A DNA stretch of 64,000 nt, taken from a virus. The notes under the pieces are model-generated. The model was given only the letters and a program-made list of their open reading frames with translations, made no database searches and had not been told where the DNA came from. A program made the position numbers and the translations under genes. The stretch lies in UHGV virus genome UHGV-0248979; one strand, written 5' to 3'. Numbering within the stretch: the first letter of the stretch is position 1; every line of letters starts with the position of its first letter. This document shows, piece by piece, positions 9,051-18,091 of the stretch.

Positions 9051-9712
9051 TATTGTTCCCCTATCGATAAAACATTTTTAACAAATTCATCCCACGTGGT
9101 GTTCCCACCAGAAGTAAATAAACTGCTAAGTGGGACGTTTCGATGTTGTGGAATAATTGCATCGAGTTTCGTTACTGGAACTTCGCTCCATAAAGCCCAA
9201 CCGTACAACCCTTCCACCGTTTTTCTCTCACCACGTAGGGTCGGCACCCACCAAGCAAACTGAATGAATCTTTTACCGCGACAGATTTTAAGGGCGGTAG
9301 TAAAACCGTGGTCTAACATCCGAACGTCGTCAAACTTACAATTAATCGAGAAAATACCATAGCGGGTGAGTAATCTCCTTATCTGAAGTCTTAGGTCATT
9401 CTGATACTCGTTCAATTCGACAGCGTCTACAAAAACCTGTCCCTTCCCAACCCCAAACCCTTTCTTTTCTAAGTGCTCCGCTATTAACGCAGACGTACTC
9501 CCCTCCACACCCGGACAATCTAAACTGCCGGATAAAGGCACTGCACGATAATAGCGATGGACCGTCTCTTGAAAAGCGGTCGTAACAATTTTTTCGTCTT
9601 TAACGAAATCAACAATTTCCCCATTAGAGGCGACCAACGGTCCAACCTTCAGCTCCTGAATAGGTATCAGCAACGTTCTGGTCATTAAGCGTAACGGTTC
9701 CACAATTAACAC
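9050..9712 (-). CDS. hypothetical protein
   Basis: 220-aa ORF; no motif recognised. Confidence 0.5.
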   Translation of the reverse strand: MLIVEPLRLMTRTLLIPIQELKVGPLVASNGEIVDFVKDEKIVTTAFQETVHRYYRAVPLSGSLDCPGVEGSTSALIAEHLEKKGFGVGKGQVFVDAVELNEYQNDLRLQIRRLLTRYGIFSINCKFDDVRMLDHGFTTALKICRGKRFIQFAWWVPTLRGERKTVEGLYGWALWSEVPVTKLDAIIPQHRNVPLSSLFTSGGNTTWDEFVKNVLSIGEQ

Positions 9713-9749
9713 TCCTTCTTTTAAGTCTCACACTATGTTTAAAAATTGT

Positions 9750-9800
9750 AAAAATAAAAAGAAGTAACCTCTACCCGAAGGTAGAGGTTAATATTATTTC
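9750..9800. terminator. hairpin terminator
   Basis: AACCTCTACC-CGAA-GGTAGAGGTT with A-rich and T-rich flanks. Confidence 0.55.
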
Positions 9801-10372
9801 GTTGTTGGGCTTTCTGTCTTCGACTTAAGCTGGCCTGATTTCTCAAGCTTCTTCTCAACAACTTTTGTGGCTATCTCAAGAGACTTATAAGCCAACGTTT
9901 TAATCGGCCAAGTCGCAAAAACAACCAATGCAAAGAACGGTACCAACGTCACAATCAGAACATCTAGACTGTCTTCTGGAAAATGTTGATGTGTGTCGTA
10001 ACCCAGGAACCCCGTTACAATAACCGTCGCCAACGTCAGAATGGCAATAATGAACTTCTGGGAAGCGGCTAATTTCGGCCATAAGGTTAGCATGGTTTCT
10101 TTACTAACCTCATCCCCGAGAGATTCCACAGCATCAGTTGCCTGCTGATGGAATTGTTCTGATAGTTTGCCTAAATTATCAATTAACGTCGGTCGTAAGT
10201 CGGAAAGAATCTTTGTTCCCGAACGGGTAACGTCAACATCGACTTCATCCCCATACGCCGCTTTCAAGAGTTTCGTTAACTGTTCAGATTGTTCTTTACT
10301 TAACTTTTTGTTTCCAGCTTGAATCAGCAAGTCAAGTATTTCAGTGGGTAGTGCTTGTGTGCTTGGTTCCAT
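9794..10372 (-). CDS. membrane protein (two predicted TM helices)
   Basis: 192-aa ORF; hydrophobic stretches FIIAILTLATVIVTGFLGY and VLIVTLVPFFALVVFATWPI; ATG at 10372 verified. Confidence 0.5.
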   Translation of the reverse strand: MEPSTQALPTEILDLLIQAGNKKLSKEQSEQLTKLLKAAYGDEVDVDVTRSGTKILSDLRPTLIDNLGKLSEQFHQQATDAVESLGDEVSKETMLTLWPKLAASQKFIIAILTLATVIVTGFLGYDTHQHFPEDSLDVLIVTLVPFFALVVFATWPIKTLAYKSLEIATKVVEKKLEKSGQLKSKTESPTTK

Positions 10373-11016
10373 TAACGTTTTCTCCGACGCCTTCTCCGCC
10401 TGGAGGTCTTAGTCGACTTTTGTTTAGGCGGTAGCAAGCTATTTAAGTTTAACAGATTTACCCTGACGAAAATATTTCCCACCGCCACAGCATCAATGCT
10501 GTGCTCATCTAACGTTGTAATATCAAACAAAGCATGTTCACGGTAGAGCTTGGTCACGGCCCGAAACATATCGGTTTTATCCGTCCCCTTCGCTTCCACC
10601 CCAACGAATGATTTTACAATGATAGGATTGAAGCCGTGTAAAATTTTCTCCGGGTAAATATCCCACAAAGTACGTCGCAACATTAATTGTAGTTCGACGC
10701 CAGATTCATAAGCGGAGAGTTTTGCTCTCCGCATGAACGGTGTCTCAGTTGCAACGAAAGTTGGGCAGGCAATCCGAAGAAATTCACGGTAACAAGCTTC
10801 GAGCTTAACTAAACGATCGTCACGTTTACCGACACACTCTGCGAACGCATTTGGATGCGTTGGGTCTAATACATGCATGGTATCAGCCCAAACCACTTCG
10901 GCTTGATCGCTGCCGTATTCCCAATCCAATACTGCCATACCAAGATGGCTCGTACCGGGGTCTATTGCCGCGATTCTTACCATCTTATCTGGAAGTCTCG
11001 GCTCGGGTATCAACAT
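10372..11016 (-). CDS. RuvC-like Holliday junction resolvase with poly-arginine C-terminal tail
   Basis: 214-aa ORF; N-terminal IAAIDPGTSHLGMAV resembles RuvC ILGIDPGSRVTGYGV, with later acidic residues in RuvC-like positions; C-terminus is RRRRRRRKR; ATG at 11016 verified. Confidence 0.7.
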   Translation of the reverse strand: MLIPEPRLPDKMVRIAAIDPGTSHLGMAVLDWEYGSDQAEVVWADTMHVLDPTHPNAFAECVGKRDDRLVKLEACYREFLRIACPTFVATETPFMRRAKLSAYESGVELQLMLRRTLWDIYPEKILHGFNPIIVKSFVGVEAKGTDKTDMFRAVTKLYREHALFDITTLDEHSIDAVAVGNIFVRVNLLNLNSLLPPKQKSTKTSRRRRRRRKR

Positions 11017-11903
11017 CAGTTAGCTGTCCCCAGGAAGAACGGCGCAGGTTGTCCGATGCGAATGGTCAAAGACAGTTTGTCATTCGTCTGTGCCAGGTTG
11101 GTAAACATCGAAATATAGTACAGCGCCTGGACCCCAATCGCCTCGTTATAGCTGAATTTAGACCCAGCTGCAGAATCCCCGGACGCTACCTGGTCTAACC
11201 CAGAACAGAGTGCCAGTTCAGAGATAATTGAACTACGCGGACTACCACGCATAATGCTCGTTACGTTCATGTATTCCTGAACATCAAAGTCTGTCCACGG
11301 AATAACCAGGTCAGCACCAGATTCGACATAACGTCCGTCTGGAATTGCGACAGTACCATCGTCATCGTAATCGTAATCCGGCAATACTTTCGGCACGGGG
11401 TTTAATTCCGTGTCTGTGTACACAAAGTCTTCGACCGTCTCAACGCCGTTCTCACGCTTGATATCGTAGTCTGACGTTTTTACAGCACGCATGTCGATAC
11501 GTTTTAAGTAATACGCCCAATACTGACGTTTATTGATGGTTTCCAGAGTACGGAAGGCGTATTTCTTACGCTGTTCGTCAGACAGATCATTGTCTTTTGT
11601 ACGCAGGACAAACGGAACGCGGGAAAACATCCCGGAAGCAATAGGTTCTTTACCTACAGGTACAACGTCAGCCACCACATCAGAGGTGTCGACCATATGA
11701 CCACGGTTGCCAATTGCCATGTACTGCAAATGAGGACGCGCTTTACCATCCGGCACTGGCGTTTGCATGAGTTTATAGAACTCATTCAGTGTGGATTTTT
11801 GTGGGTATTGCACGTCAGCACCGGTAATTAATGCGGTAGCTAAACGCATCGCATTAAGCGTTACCGTCGAGAGTTTACCGTCGTAAACTTTGACATTAGA
11901 CAT
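11016..11903 (-). CDS. hypothetical protein
   Basis: 295-aa ORF; no motif recognised. Confidence 0.5.
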   Translation of the reverse strand: MSNVKVYDGKLSTVTLNAMRLATALITGADVQYPQKSTLNEFYKLMQTPVPDGKARPHLQYMAIGNRGHMVDTSDVVADVVPVGKEPIASGMFSRVPFVLRTKDNDLSDEQRKKYAFRTLETINKRQYWAYYLKRIDMRAVKTSDYDIKRENGVETVEDFVYTDTELNPVPKVLPDYDYDDDGTVAIPDGRYVESGADLVIPWTDFDVQEYMNVTSIMRGSPRSSIISELALCSGLDQVASGDSAAGSKFSYNEAIGVQALYYISMFTNLAQTNDKLSLTIRIGQPAPFFLGTAN

Positions 11904-12423
11904 TGATTAATTCTCCTGGGCGGAACCCATCCAACGCCAATTTCGTCACAAGAGACGCCAATTTGCGTGGAGTGGAATCAGTAAATACGACCGGAATCGT
12001 TCCTTTAAAAGACAAATGATTCGGGACGAGACGAACATCATAAGAATCCAGTTCCTCTGAAATCGGCTCAATCATAATGTCGTCGGCACGCAGGTCGAGC
12101 CCTGTTTGTGCGACGATATAATCAGCCAACTCTTCGCTGGACGTTACTGCGCCTTTCGGTACACTCACCGGTTCATCGGCCAAGAACGTTGCCAAATCAA
12201 CGCGAGTTAAAATGAATTCCTGGTTACCGACAACGCCGTTACGGAAGACGGCAGCAACCTTTGATTCTAGTCCGTAACGTTGACGTTCTGCTAAGGTTAG
12301 CGGTTGAACGCCGTTTGCGTTAAACTCGATGTTATCAGCAGTATAGGATAGACTAAATACGTAGTTAATCCGGTCTACTAAAATTTGTTTAGGTGCTTTC
12401 GTTAAATCGACACGATATGCCAT
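11896..12423 (-). CDS. hypothetical protein
   Basis: 175-aa ORF; no motif recognised. Confidence 0.5.
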   Translation of the reverse strand: MAYRVDLTKAPKQILVDRINYVFSLSYTADNIEFNANGVQPLTLAERQRYGLESKVAAVFRNGVVGNQEFILTRVDLATFLADEPVSVPKGAVTSSEELADYIVAQTGLDLRADDIMIEPISEELDSYDVRLVPNHLSFKGTIPVVFTDSTPRKLASLVTKLALDGFRPGELINV

Positions 12424-12430
12424 GGTTTTC

Positions 12431-14614
12431 TCACTTAGGTAGCTGGTCTAACGTAAACCCTTCGAGATCGTTAATTTTCACCTGTTCGCTTAACGACCAG
12501 TCGTCAAGTGAAGACTTGACCTTAACAACCCCGGTGGTCGGTTCATTAATATTCACCACGACTTGCTGATTCACTCTCACACGGATACCCATGTAAATGT
12601 TCATCCGTAGTTTGATGTGTTGCGGCATGGACAGCTCTTTAATCACCGGCGCTGCGGGAAGCACTTTGTCCGTCGTCATGTGTTGATGTCGCGTAACTGA
12701 CTGTACGCCTAAGAGAGGTTCAATGATGGTAACTGTACCCTCCCCACTCATAGGGATATCCCCTAAGATTGGACAAAGCGGGTCCATAACGTCGTAAGAA
12801 TCTGACCCCATCCGCGCAGCAAAATGTACGGTATACGACGAAAGCTTGGTCATCAATCGAACCATCGCACGTTGTATTTCAGATTGCGAAATAGTTGCAC
12901 GCGTTTCGAGGTTTGTTGCGGTGTTCAATGCATCAGTTGCGATATCTTGCCACGTCTCTGCGGAGACCAGTGTGTAGTCTAAACCGAAGGTCTTAAAGAA
13001 CTCATCGTAGTTACGATACTTTAACTTTAAATCACATCGGTAATCGCGATAATGGTAATCGAACAACATTAGGCCCGCTGCACGGTCGGGAATTTTACGG
13101 CGGTTTTGGCTGTAACGCCAACGGCGTCGCTTCTGCAAAATAATTTCATTAACAGTGTCGTAAAGTTCATCGGCACTGAGAATGGTTCCGACTACCTCGG
13201 TGTGGGTGTCGGTGTAGTAGTTAATCAGTGCGTCGAAACGGTGTTCCCAACTCGGGATAAGATGTTGTTCCATTTCATCGAACGAAACCCATCGTTTAAT
13301 CAAAACATCAAAAACGTTAAATACCGGGATTTCTTCAAGAGCGACATCGGAGTAACCTTTGTACGCGGCGTACAAAAACAACGCCAACAGCTCTTTCGAA
13401 CTCATTTTTAACGTGTCGCCGTTGGTCGGGTTAAGAATCTCGTGGTAGATGCTGTATTTTCCCTTCGCGACCAAATGCACCCATTCATTAAAGAGGTTAT
13501 GTGTGTATTCAAAACGCTCAATAGCTTCTGGGTCAACAGCGGTGACTTCTACGAGTTTCGTCGTTAAGTTGGGGTATTGTGTCAGACTCAGTCGGGTGTC
13601 TAAGTCTTCTTGATACTCCGGTTCGTACGCCGGGTTATTATACGCTAACCCCACCTCTTTTTGGATTATGTCCGTAGTGGCAACAATATCCAAATCGCGT
13701 CCAGAGTCTTTCTCTGTGTAGTTTAAAGATTGCTGATAGCCGATAGGTAACGGTGTTAAGGAATTATCATCGTTATCTTTCGGTTCGTGAATCTGCTGTG
13801 CAACATTATACCCAACCGCAGGCATTCCCCAACCTGTCAATAGCGCATCGATTTGCCAATCGAAGATCTCCTCTTTCCCTGAATTGCGTTCCCAGTATCG
13901 GATATTCCGATAAAGAATGAATTTTTGTTTCTGAGTCAGATACGGCATAAACTCATGCAGTTCCTGATGCGAAGCTAAAAATTCGGTAACGAAGAAAGAG
14001 TGCGTTTCTGTCGTATGCTGTAAAGAAGAACGTATATAACCAATTATGCCTGGTAACTGAGGAAACAACATGCAATAGAAAGCTAACACAAACGCATCGT
14101 TGTGGACCTTCCAACCCTCAGCCATGTAACGGACATGTGCCGCACGAATTCTCGCTTCCAGTCGGCTAATCAATGACGTCTCTTGCGATTCTACTAACGA
14201 GCTGTCGTAATACAAAATAGAACAATCGTCTACACGTAAAGCGTATTTTAAATCGATTGGCGTAAAGACGCCGCGAATATAAATCGCGTATTCGGGATAA
14301 CTTGCGATCAACGCCTCGATGTACTCAGCATTCGAACGAAAAACGTTAGAGGTCTTTTTATGACGGGACAGGTTGGCTGTCGTTAATTCTATCTGCTCTT
14401 GCGTGTCGAGCGACGTTATGTAAATGGGTTTATCCATTTCGTGACGTTGTCCTGCTAAATGCAGGTAGTATCGCCACGTACTACGGTTATCGGAAACGAA
14501 ACCGCCGTTCTCGGTTATTGCCAGATTCATCTGTTGTGCGATTGATTCTGATTTAATAATCAGCGATTTCGCCAACGTGATGTTCTGATCACGAAATATG
14601 TTAAATCTCTGCAT
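12431..14614 (-). CDS. large hypothetical protein (possible virion protein)
   Basis: ~727-aa ORF; track start at 14626 is TTG, first ATG at 14614 preferred; divergent from the plus gene at 14626. Confidence 0.5.
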   Translation of the reverse strand: MQRFNIFRDQNITLAKSLIIKSESIAQQMNLAITENGGFVSDNRSTWRYYLHLAGQRHEMDKPIYITSLDTQEQIELTTANLSRHKKTSNVFRSNAEYIEALIASYPEYAIYIRGVFTPIDLKYALRVDDCSILYYDSSLVESQETSLISRLEARIRAAHVRYMAEGWKVHNDAFVLAFYCMLFPQLPGIIGYIRSSLQHTTETHSFFVTEFLASHQELHEFMPYLTQKQKFILYRNIRYWERNSGKEEIFDWQIDALLTGWGMPAVGYNVAQQIHEPKDNDDNSLTPLPIGYQQSLNYTEKDSGRDLDIVATTDIIQKEVGLAYNNPAYEPEYQEDLDTRLSLTQYPNLTTKLVEVTAVDPEAIERFEYTHNLFNEWVHLVAKGKYSIYHEILNPTNGDTLKMSSKELLALFLYAAYKGYSDVALEEIPVFNVFDVLIKRWVSFDEMEQHLIPSWEHRFDALINYYTDTHTEVVGTILSADELYDTVNEIILQKRRRWRYSQNRRKIPDRAAGLMLFDYHYRDYRCDLKLKYRNYDEFFKTFGLDYTLVSAETWQDIATDALNTATNLETRATISQSEIQRAMVRLMTKLSSYTVHFAARMGSDSYDVMDPLCPILGDIPMSGEGTVTIIEPLLGVQSVTRHQHMTTDKVLPAAPVIKELSMPQHIKLRMNIYMGIRVRVNQQVVVNINEPTTGVVKVKSSLDDWSLSEQVKINDLEGFTLDQLPK

Positions 14615-14625
14615 CGGAGACCCCA

Positions 14626-17343
14626 ATGGACGATATTAGTAAATTAACGGGCGACCCCGCCGTAGCTGCAATTCTTCGTAAAACTACGGGCCCAGCACCC
14701 CAGCAACAACGCGGTACGCGTAGCGAGGGTGGTTCTACGCCAACACGTCAGGAACTTGCAGGAATTGTAAGTTCGCGTATTCGTACTATCAAAAATGCGG
14801 AACGTATCTTTGATGCGTTACCTGAACTCGAAACGATTGTTACCATTGCAACTTCGAGCTTGCTGTCGACAAAAGACTTAATCAACACCACGTTGATTTA
14901 CGACAACATCGCAGACATTCCAATTGACTTACGTAATGACTTACTGACACCAACGCGTGATTATCATGATAACGTACGTCAATTACCTAAGAAATTATAT
15001 CAGTGGATTTACGACGCGTTAAAAACAAAAGGCGCAAGTCCAGTGATGATAATCTCGGACAATGGATTTGACCAGCTGTTCGGTTTAGACACCAAAATCG
15101 CTACCGAATCCATGCGTCGTTCTCAAGCCGCGTATTTCGAAGAACAACTCGGTATTCTCGGCCCAATCAACTCGCAAGATGACGGGCAACGCGTGGGTGT
15201 GGAATCTATTCTGAGTCGTGTCCGTGGACCTGTTAAAGGACCACAATCACTGAAAATCAATTTCAGTAACCATGATAAGATGTTCTCAGATAAGTTCGAA
15301 ATGGACATCTCGATTACCGACAACCCACGTATCACGTTACTGCCCCATGCTTATCGTCGAATCGCGCATGAGAACGCTCGTACTGGTCTCTACGGCCAAT
15401 TAGAGCAAGCCGCATATGAAAAGCCTGCCACACCGACAGGTGCTGCGCCGTATGAAGTTAATCAACAGTTTAACGATCGTCAGCGCGATGCGGCTGAAAA
15501 AGGTTTCATTAACTTAGGTGATCTGAACGAAGCGTACAAAAGTACACCAAAAACTCAGCTTTATGGTAACATCCCGATTATTTCGATGGATGAAAACAAC
15601 CAGATCGACTATTTCGAATGTTTACTCCCTGCTGAGTCTACCGCCCCGTTGGTTATTGGTGACGACGTTCGTAACCCTATTGGGTTTCTGACCATTATTG
15701 ACGATATGGGTAACTTCATCAACTCACGTTCCTCACTTTACGGGGACGCGAACTTTATGAACTACCTTAATAACGACGGCATGACAGACAGTATTATCAA
15801 CCGCTCTAATTTAGGCTTGGGTAATACCTCTCGTATAACGCCTGAAATCGCCAACCGTTTAAGTGCACGTTGCAGCGAGATTGCTGAGAACGAATTTACC
15901 CGCGCTTTAAGCCAGGCGTTGGGTGGTGCCGAAATCAGCATGAAAATTACCGAAACCTTCGGTCGTATTCTACTGGCACGTCACCTCGCAAAACGTCACA
16001 CACAGGTTGTCTATATCCCGGTTAATAACTTATGCTACTTTGCAACCGACTTTAACGAAGATGGTATCGGGGTGTCTATTACCGAACGTTCCTTTATCAT
16101 CTCCACGGTCAGGATGGCGCTGTTGTTCGCAACAATGAACTCTTCAGTGTTGAACTCAGCGCGTCACATGCAATATGACATTGAGCTATCGCCGGACGAT
16201 ATGAACGGTCAGAAAACAGTTGACCAAGTTAAATCGGATATCCTCAACTCCTATAATCGTCGTTTACCGATGTGGGGCGATATCAACGATGCCTGGTCAA
16301 TGGGGGCTAATGCCGGGATTGCATTTAACGTGACGGGTAACGAATACTACGCCAGTCATAAAGTGTCAGTTTCGGACACAACGCCTGAGTATAAAGTGCC
16401 CGATCAGCAAATCGATGAAAACTTACTCCGCCGTACTTGCCACATCGCGTGTGTAGACCCGGATCTTGTTTTGACACCAGAAAACCTGGAATTTGCTTCG
16501 CAGATTTATTCCAAGTCACTGCTGGTGACTCAACAAATCGTGAAGAAACAAGAAATCCTGTCTACGCCGTTAACACGCTACGTGACAAACAGTTTGCAAG
16601 CCTCTCCTAAGTTACAAGCAGAATTGATTCGTATTATCGTTGAGTATATTCGCAATCAAAATCCTAACGTAACAGGTGAAGACTTGACCAAGCAAACGTC
16701 AGAGTATCTGGCGAAGTTCATCAATGGCATGAAAGTCACCTTACCACCACCAGACACATCAGCTTCTTCTTCACAAGCGGATCTGTTCGATAAACGCTAT
16801 GAGTTCATTGAGAAACTGGCGGATCTGGTTGTTACCGACGACATTTCAAATATGCTTCAGAATGAAGGTATCGAAATGCAACCTGATGATCTCAAGACGA
16901 TGATTAAATCGTTCTATACGCGTAACTGGCTACGCAATCAGGGCATCGAAACCGATCTGTTTGATTTGATCTACGACGAAGATAAACGTGGCGAAAACGT
17001 CAAGATGATTTCTGATGAAATTGCATCGGCATCTAAAACGTTGATTCAGTTAGCAAAGCGTGCAACAGGTAAAGTTGAAACCTTAGCAAAAGCGGCTGAT
17101 TTGAATCCTGAGTACGCCAATAACTTCGGCGGGGGTAGCGACTTTGGTGGCGGGTCTGAAGACGACGGCGGCTTAGGTGGCGATGAGGACTTAGGTGGTG
17201 ACGATCTGGGTGGTGATGAAGACATGGACATGTCTGATGAAGAAACGACGGAAACCGATACGACAACGGAAGAAGACGTTTCTGCTGAAGACACGGACGA
17301 GACGGATACCGGTACAGACGACAACACCGACGAAACTCTCTAA
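14626..17343 (+). CDS. large hypothetical protein with acidic low-complexity C-terminal tail
   Basis: 905-aa ORF, ATG at 14626 verified; last ~70 aa are Gly/Asp/Glu/Thr-rich repeats; followed by bidirectional terminator. Confidence 0.55.
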   Translation: MDDISKLTGDPAVAAILRKTTGPAPQQQRGTRSEGGSTPTRQELAGIVSSRIRTIKNAERIFDALPELETIVTIATSSLLSTKDLINTTLIYDNIADIPIDLRNDLLTPTRDYHDNVRQLPKKLYQWIYDALKTKGASPVMIISDNGFDQLFGLDTKIATESMRRSQAAYFEEQLGILGPINSQDDGQRVGVESILSRVRGPVKGPQSLKINFSNHDKMFSDKFEMDISITDNPRITLLPHAYRRIAHENARTGLYGQLEQAAYEKPATPTGAAPYEVNQQFNDRQRDAAEKGFINLGDLNEAYKSTPKTQLYGNIPIISMDENNQIDYFECLLPAESTAPLVIGDDVRNPIGFLTIIDDMGNFINSRSSLYGDANFMNYLNNDGMTDSIINRSNLGLGNTSRITPEIANRLSARCSEIAENEFTRALSQALGGAEISMKITETFGRILLARHLAKRHTQVVYIPVNNLCYFATDFNEDGIGVSITERSFIISTVRMALLFATMNSSVLNSARHMQYDIELSPDDMNGQKTVDQVKSDILNSYNRRLPMWGDINDAWSMGANAGIAFNVTGNEYYASHKVSVSDTTPEYKVPDQQIDENLLRRTCHIACVDPDLVLTPENLEFASQIYSKSLLVTQQIVKKQEILSTPLTRYVTNSLQASPKLQAELIRIIVEYIRNQNPNVTGEDLTKQTSEYLAKFINGMKVTLPPPDTSASSSQADLFDKRYEFIEKLADLVVTDDISNMLQNEGIEMQPDDLKTMIKSFYTRNWLRNQGIETDLFDLIYDEDKRGENVKMISDEIASASKTLIQLAKRATGKVETLAKAADLNPEYANNFGGGSDFGGGSEDDGGLGGDEDLGGDDLGGDEDMDMSDEETTETDTTTEEDVSAEDTDETDTGTDDNTDETL

Positions 17344-17344
17344 A

Positions 17345-17408
17345 TAGCAAAAAAAAAATAATTCGAGCTTACTCCGACCCTTCTGGGGTCGGAGTAGCTT
17401 TTCTTTAT
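17345..17408. terminator. bidirectional terminator between convergent genes
   Basis: A10 run, ~12-bp stem TACTCCGACCC...GGGTCGGAGTA, then T-rich run. Confidence 0.7.
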
Positions 17409-17710
17409 TCGGACCATGCTATTTCGTCTTTATTAATAACATGGTCTAACATAATTCCTATCGCTAAAGGATCGTTATCAAACGCCATCAGTTTCGCTAA
17501 CAATTCTTGCTGACCTGATTTCTTGACGGCTTTCAGTAACTCATTACGTGCATTATAGTAGATAAGCCAGTATCTACCGCGATTGACTTTGGTGTTTGAA
17601 TGCTCTAAAAAGTAACGATTAAACTCCATGGTTGCATTGGTTTCAGGTAATTCGAAGCGAAAACGTGGACTACGTTCGTAGTTTACATTAATAACAACAT
17701 ATTTAATCAT
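17405..17710 (-). CDS. hypothetical protein
   Basis: 101-aa ORF; palindrome CACTATAGTG lies just upstream. Confidence 0.45.
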   Translation of the reverse strand: MIKYVVINVNYERSPRFRFELPETNATMEFNRYFLEHSNTKVNRGRYWLIYYNARNELLKAVKKSGQQELLAKLMAFDNDPLAIGIMLDHVINKDEIAWSE

Positions 17711-17798
17711 TTCCTCATTCCCTCACTATAGTGGGCGGCTATAATAAATTGGGGAATAAAAATAAAGGAGGAGAGCCGAAGCTCTCCTGTGGGGGCGA

Positions 17799-18047
17799 TT
17801 AAACAATAGCGGCAATGCGTTCTTCTAACAACAATTTCTCTGCGGCCATTACCTCCAGTTCCGCAGTGATCAGTTTCACTTGGCGTTCGTCAATGAAAAT
17901 TGGGCGTTTTTCAATGAGCTGTTCGCGTTCATGTATCCGAACTTGGAGTTGGTATAACTCCAGATTAAGTTGTTGTTTTAAACGTGCGGCGGTATCAATC
18001 TCCTTTAACTCAATTTTTGTTTTACTATAATCAACATAGGCTGCCAT
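17799..18047 (-). CDS. small coiled-coil protein
   Basis: 82-aa ORF with heptad-like, charged sequence; terminator hairpin downstream. Confidence 0.45.
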   Translation of the reverse strand: MAAYVDYSKTKIELKEIDTAARLKQQLNLELYQLQVRIHEREQLIEKRPIFIDERQVKLITAELEVMAAEKLLLEERIAAIV

Positions 18048-18091
18048 GATACTGTCCTGTGGTGTCTATAGATTAGGGGGCACGAAGCCCC

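Noticed and set aside
17046-17327. Ser/Pro-rich minus-strand ORFs overlapping the acidic tail of the 905-aa gene
   Set aside because: Antisense reading of a repetitive acidic coding repeat; low-complexity artefact.
17720-17736. T7-type single-subunit RNA polymerase promoter
   Set aside because: Only the CTCACTATAG core matches; upstream recognition region absent; one such 10-mer match in 64 kb is plausible by chance; orientation points away from coding sequence.
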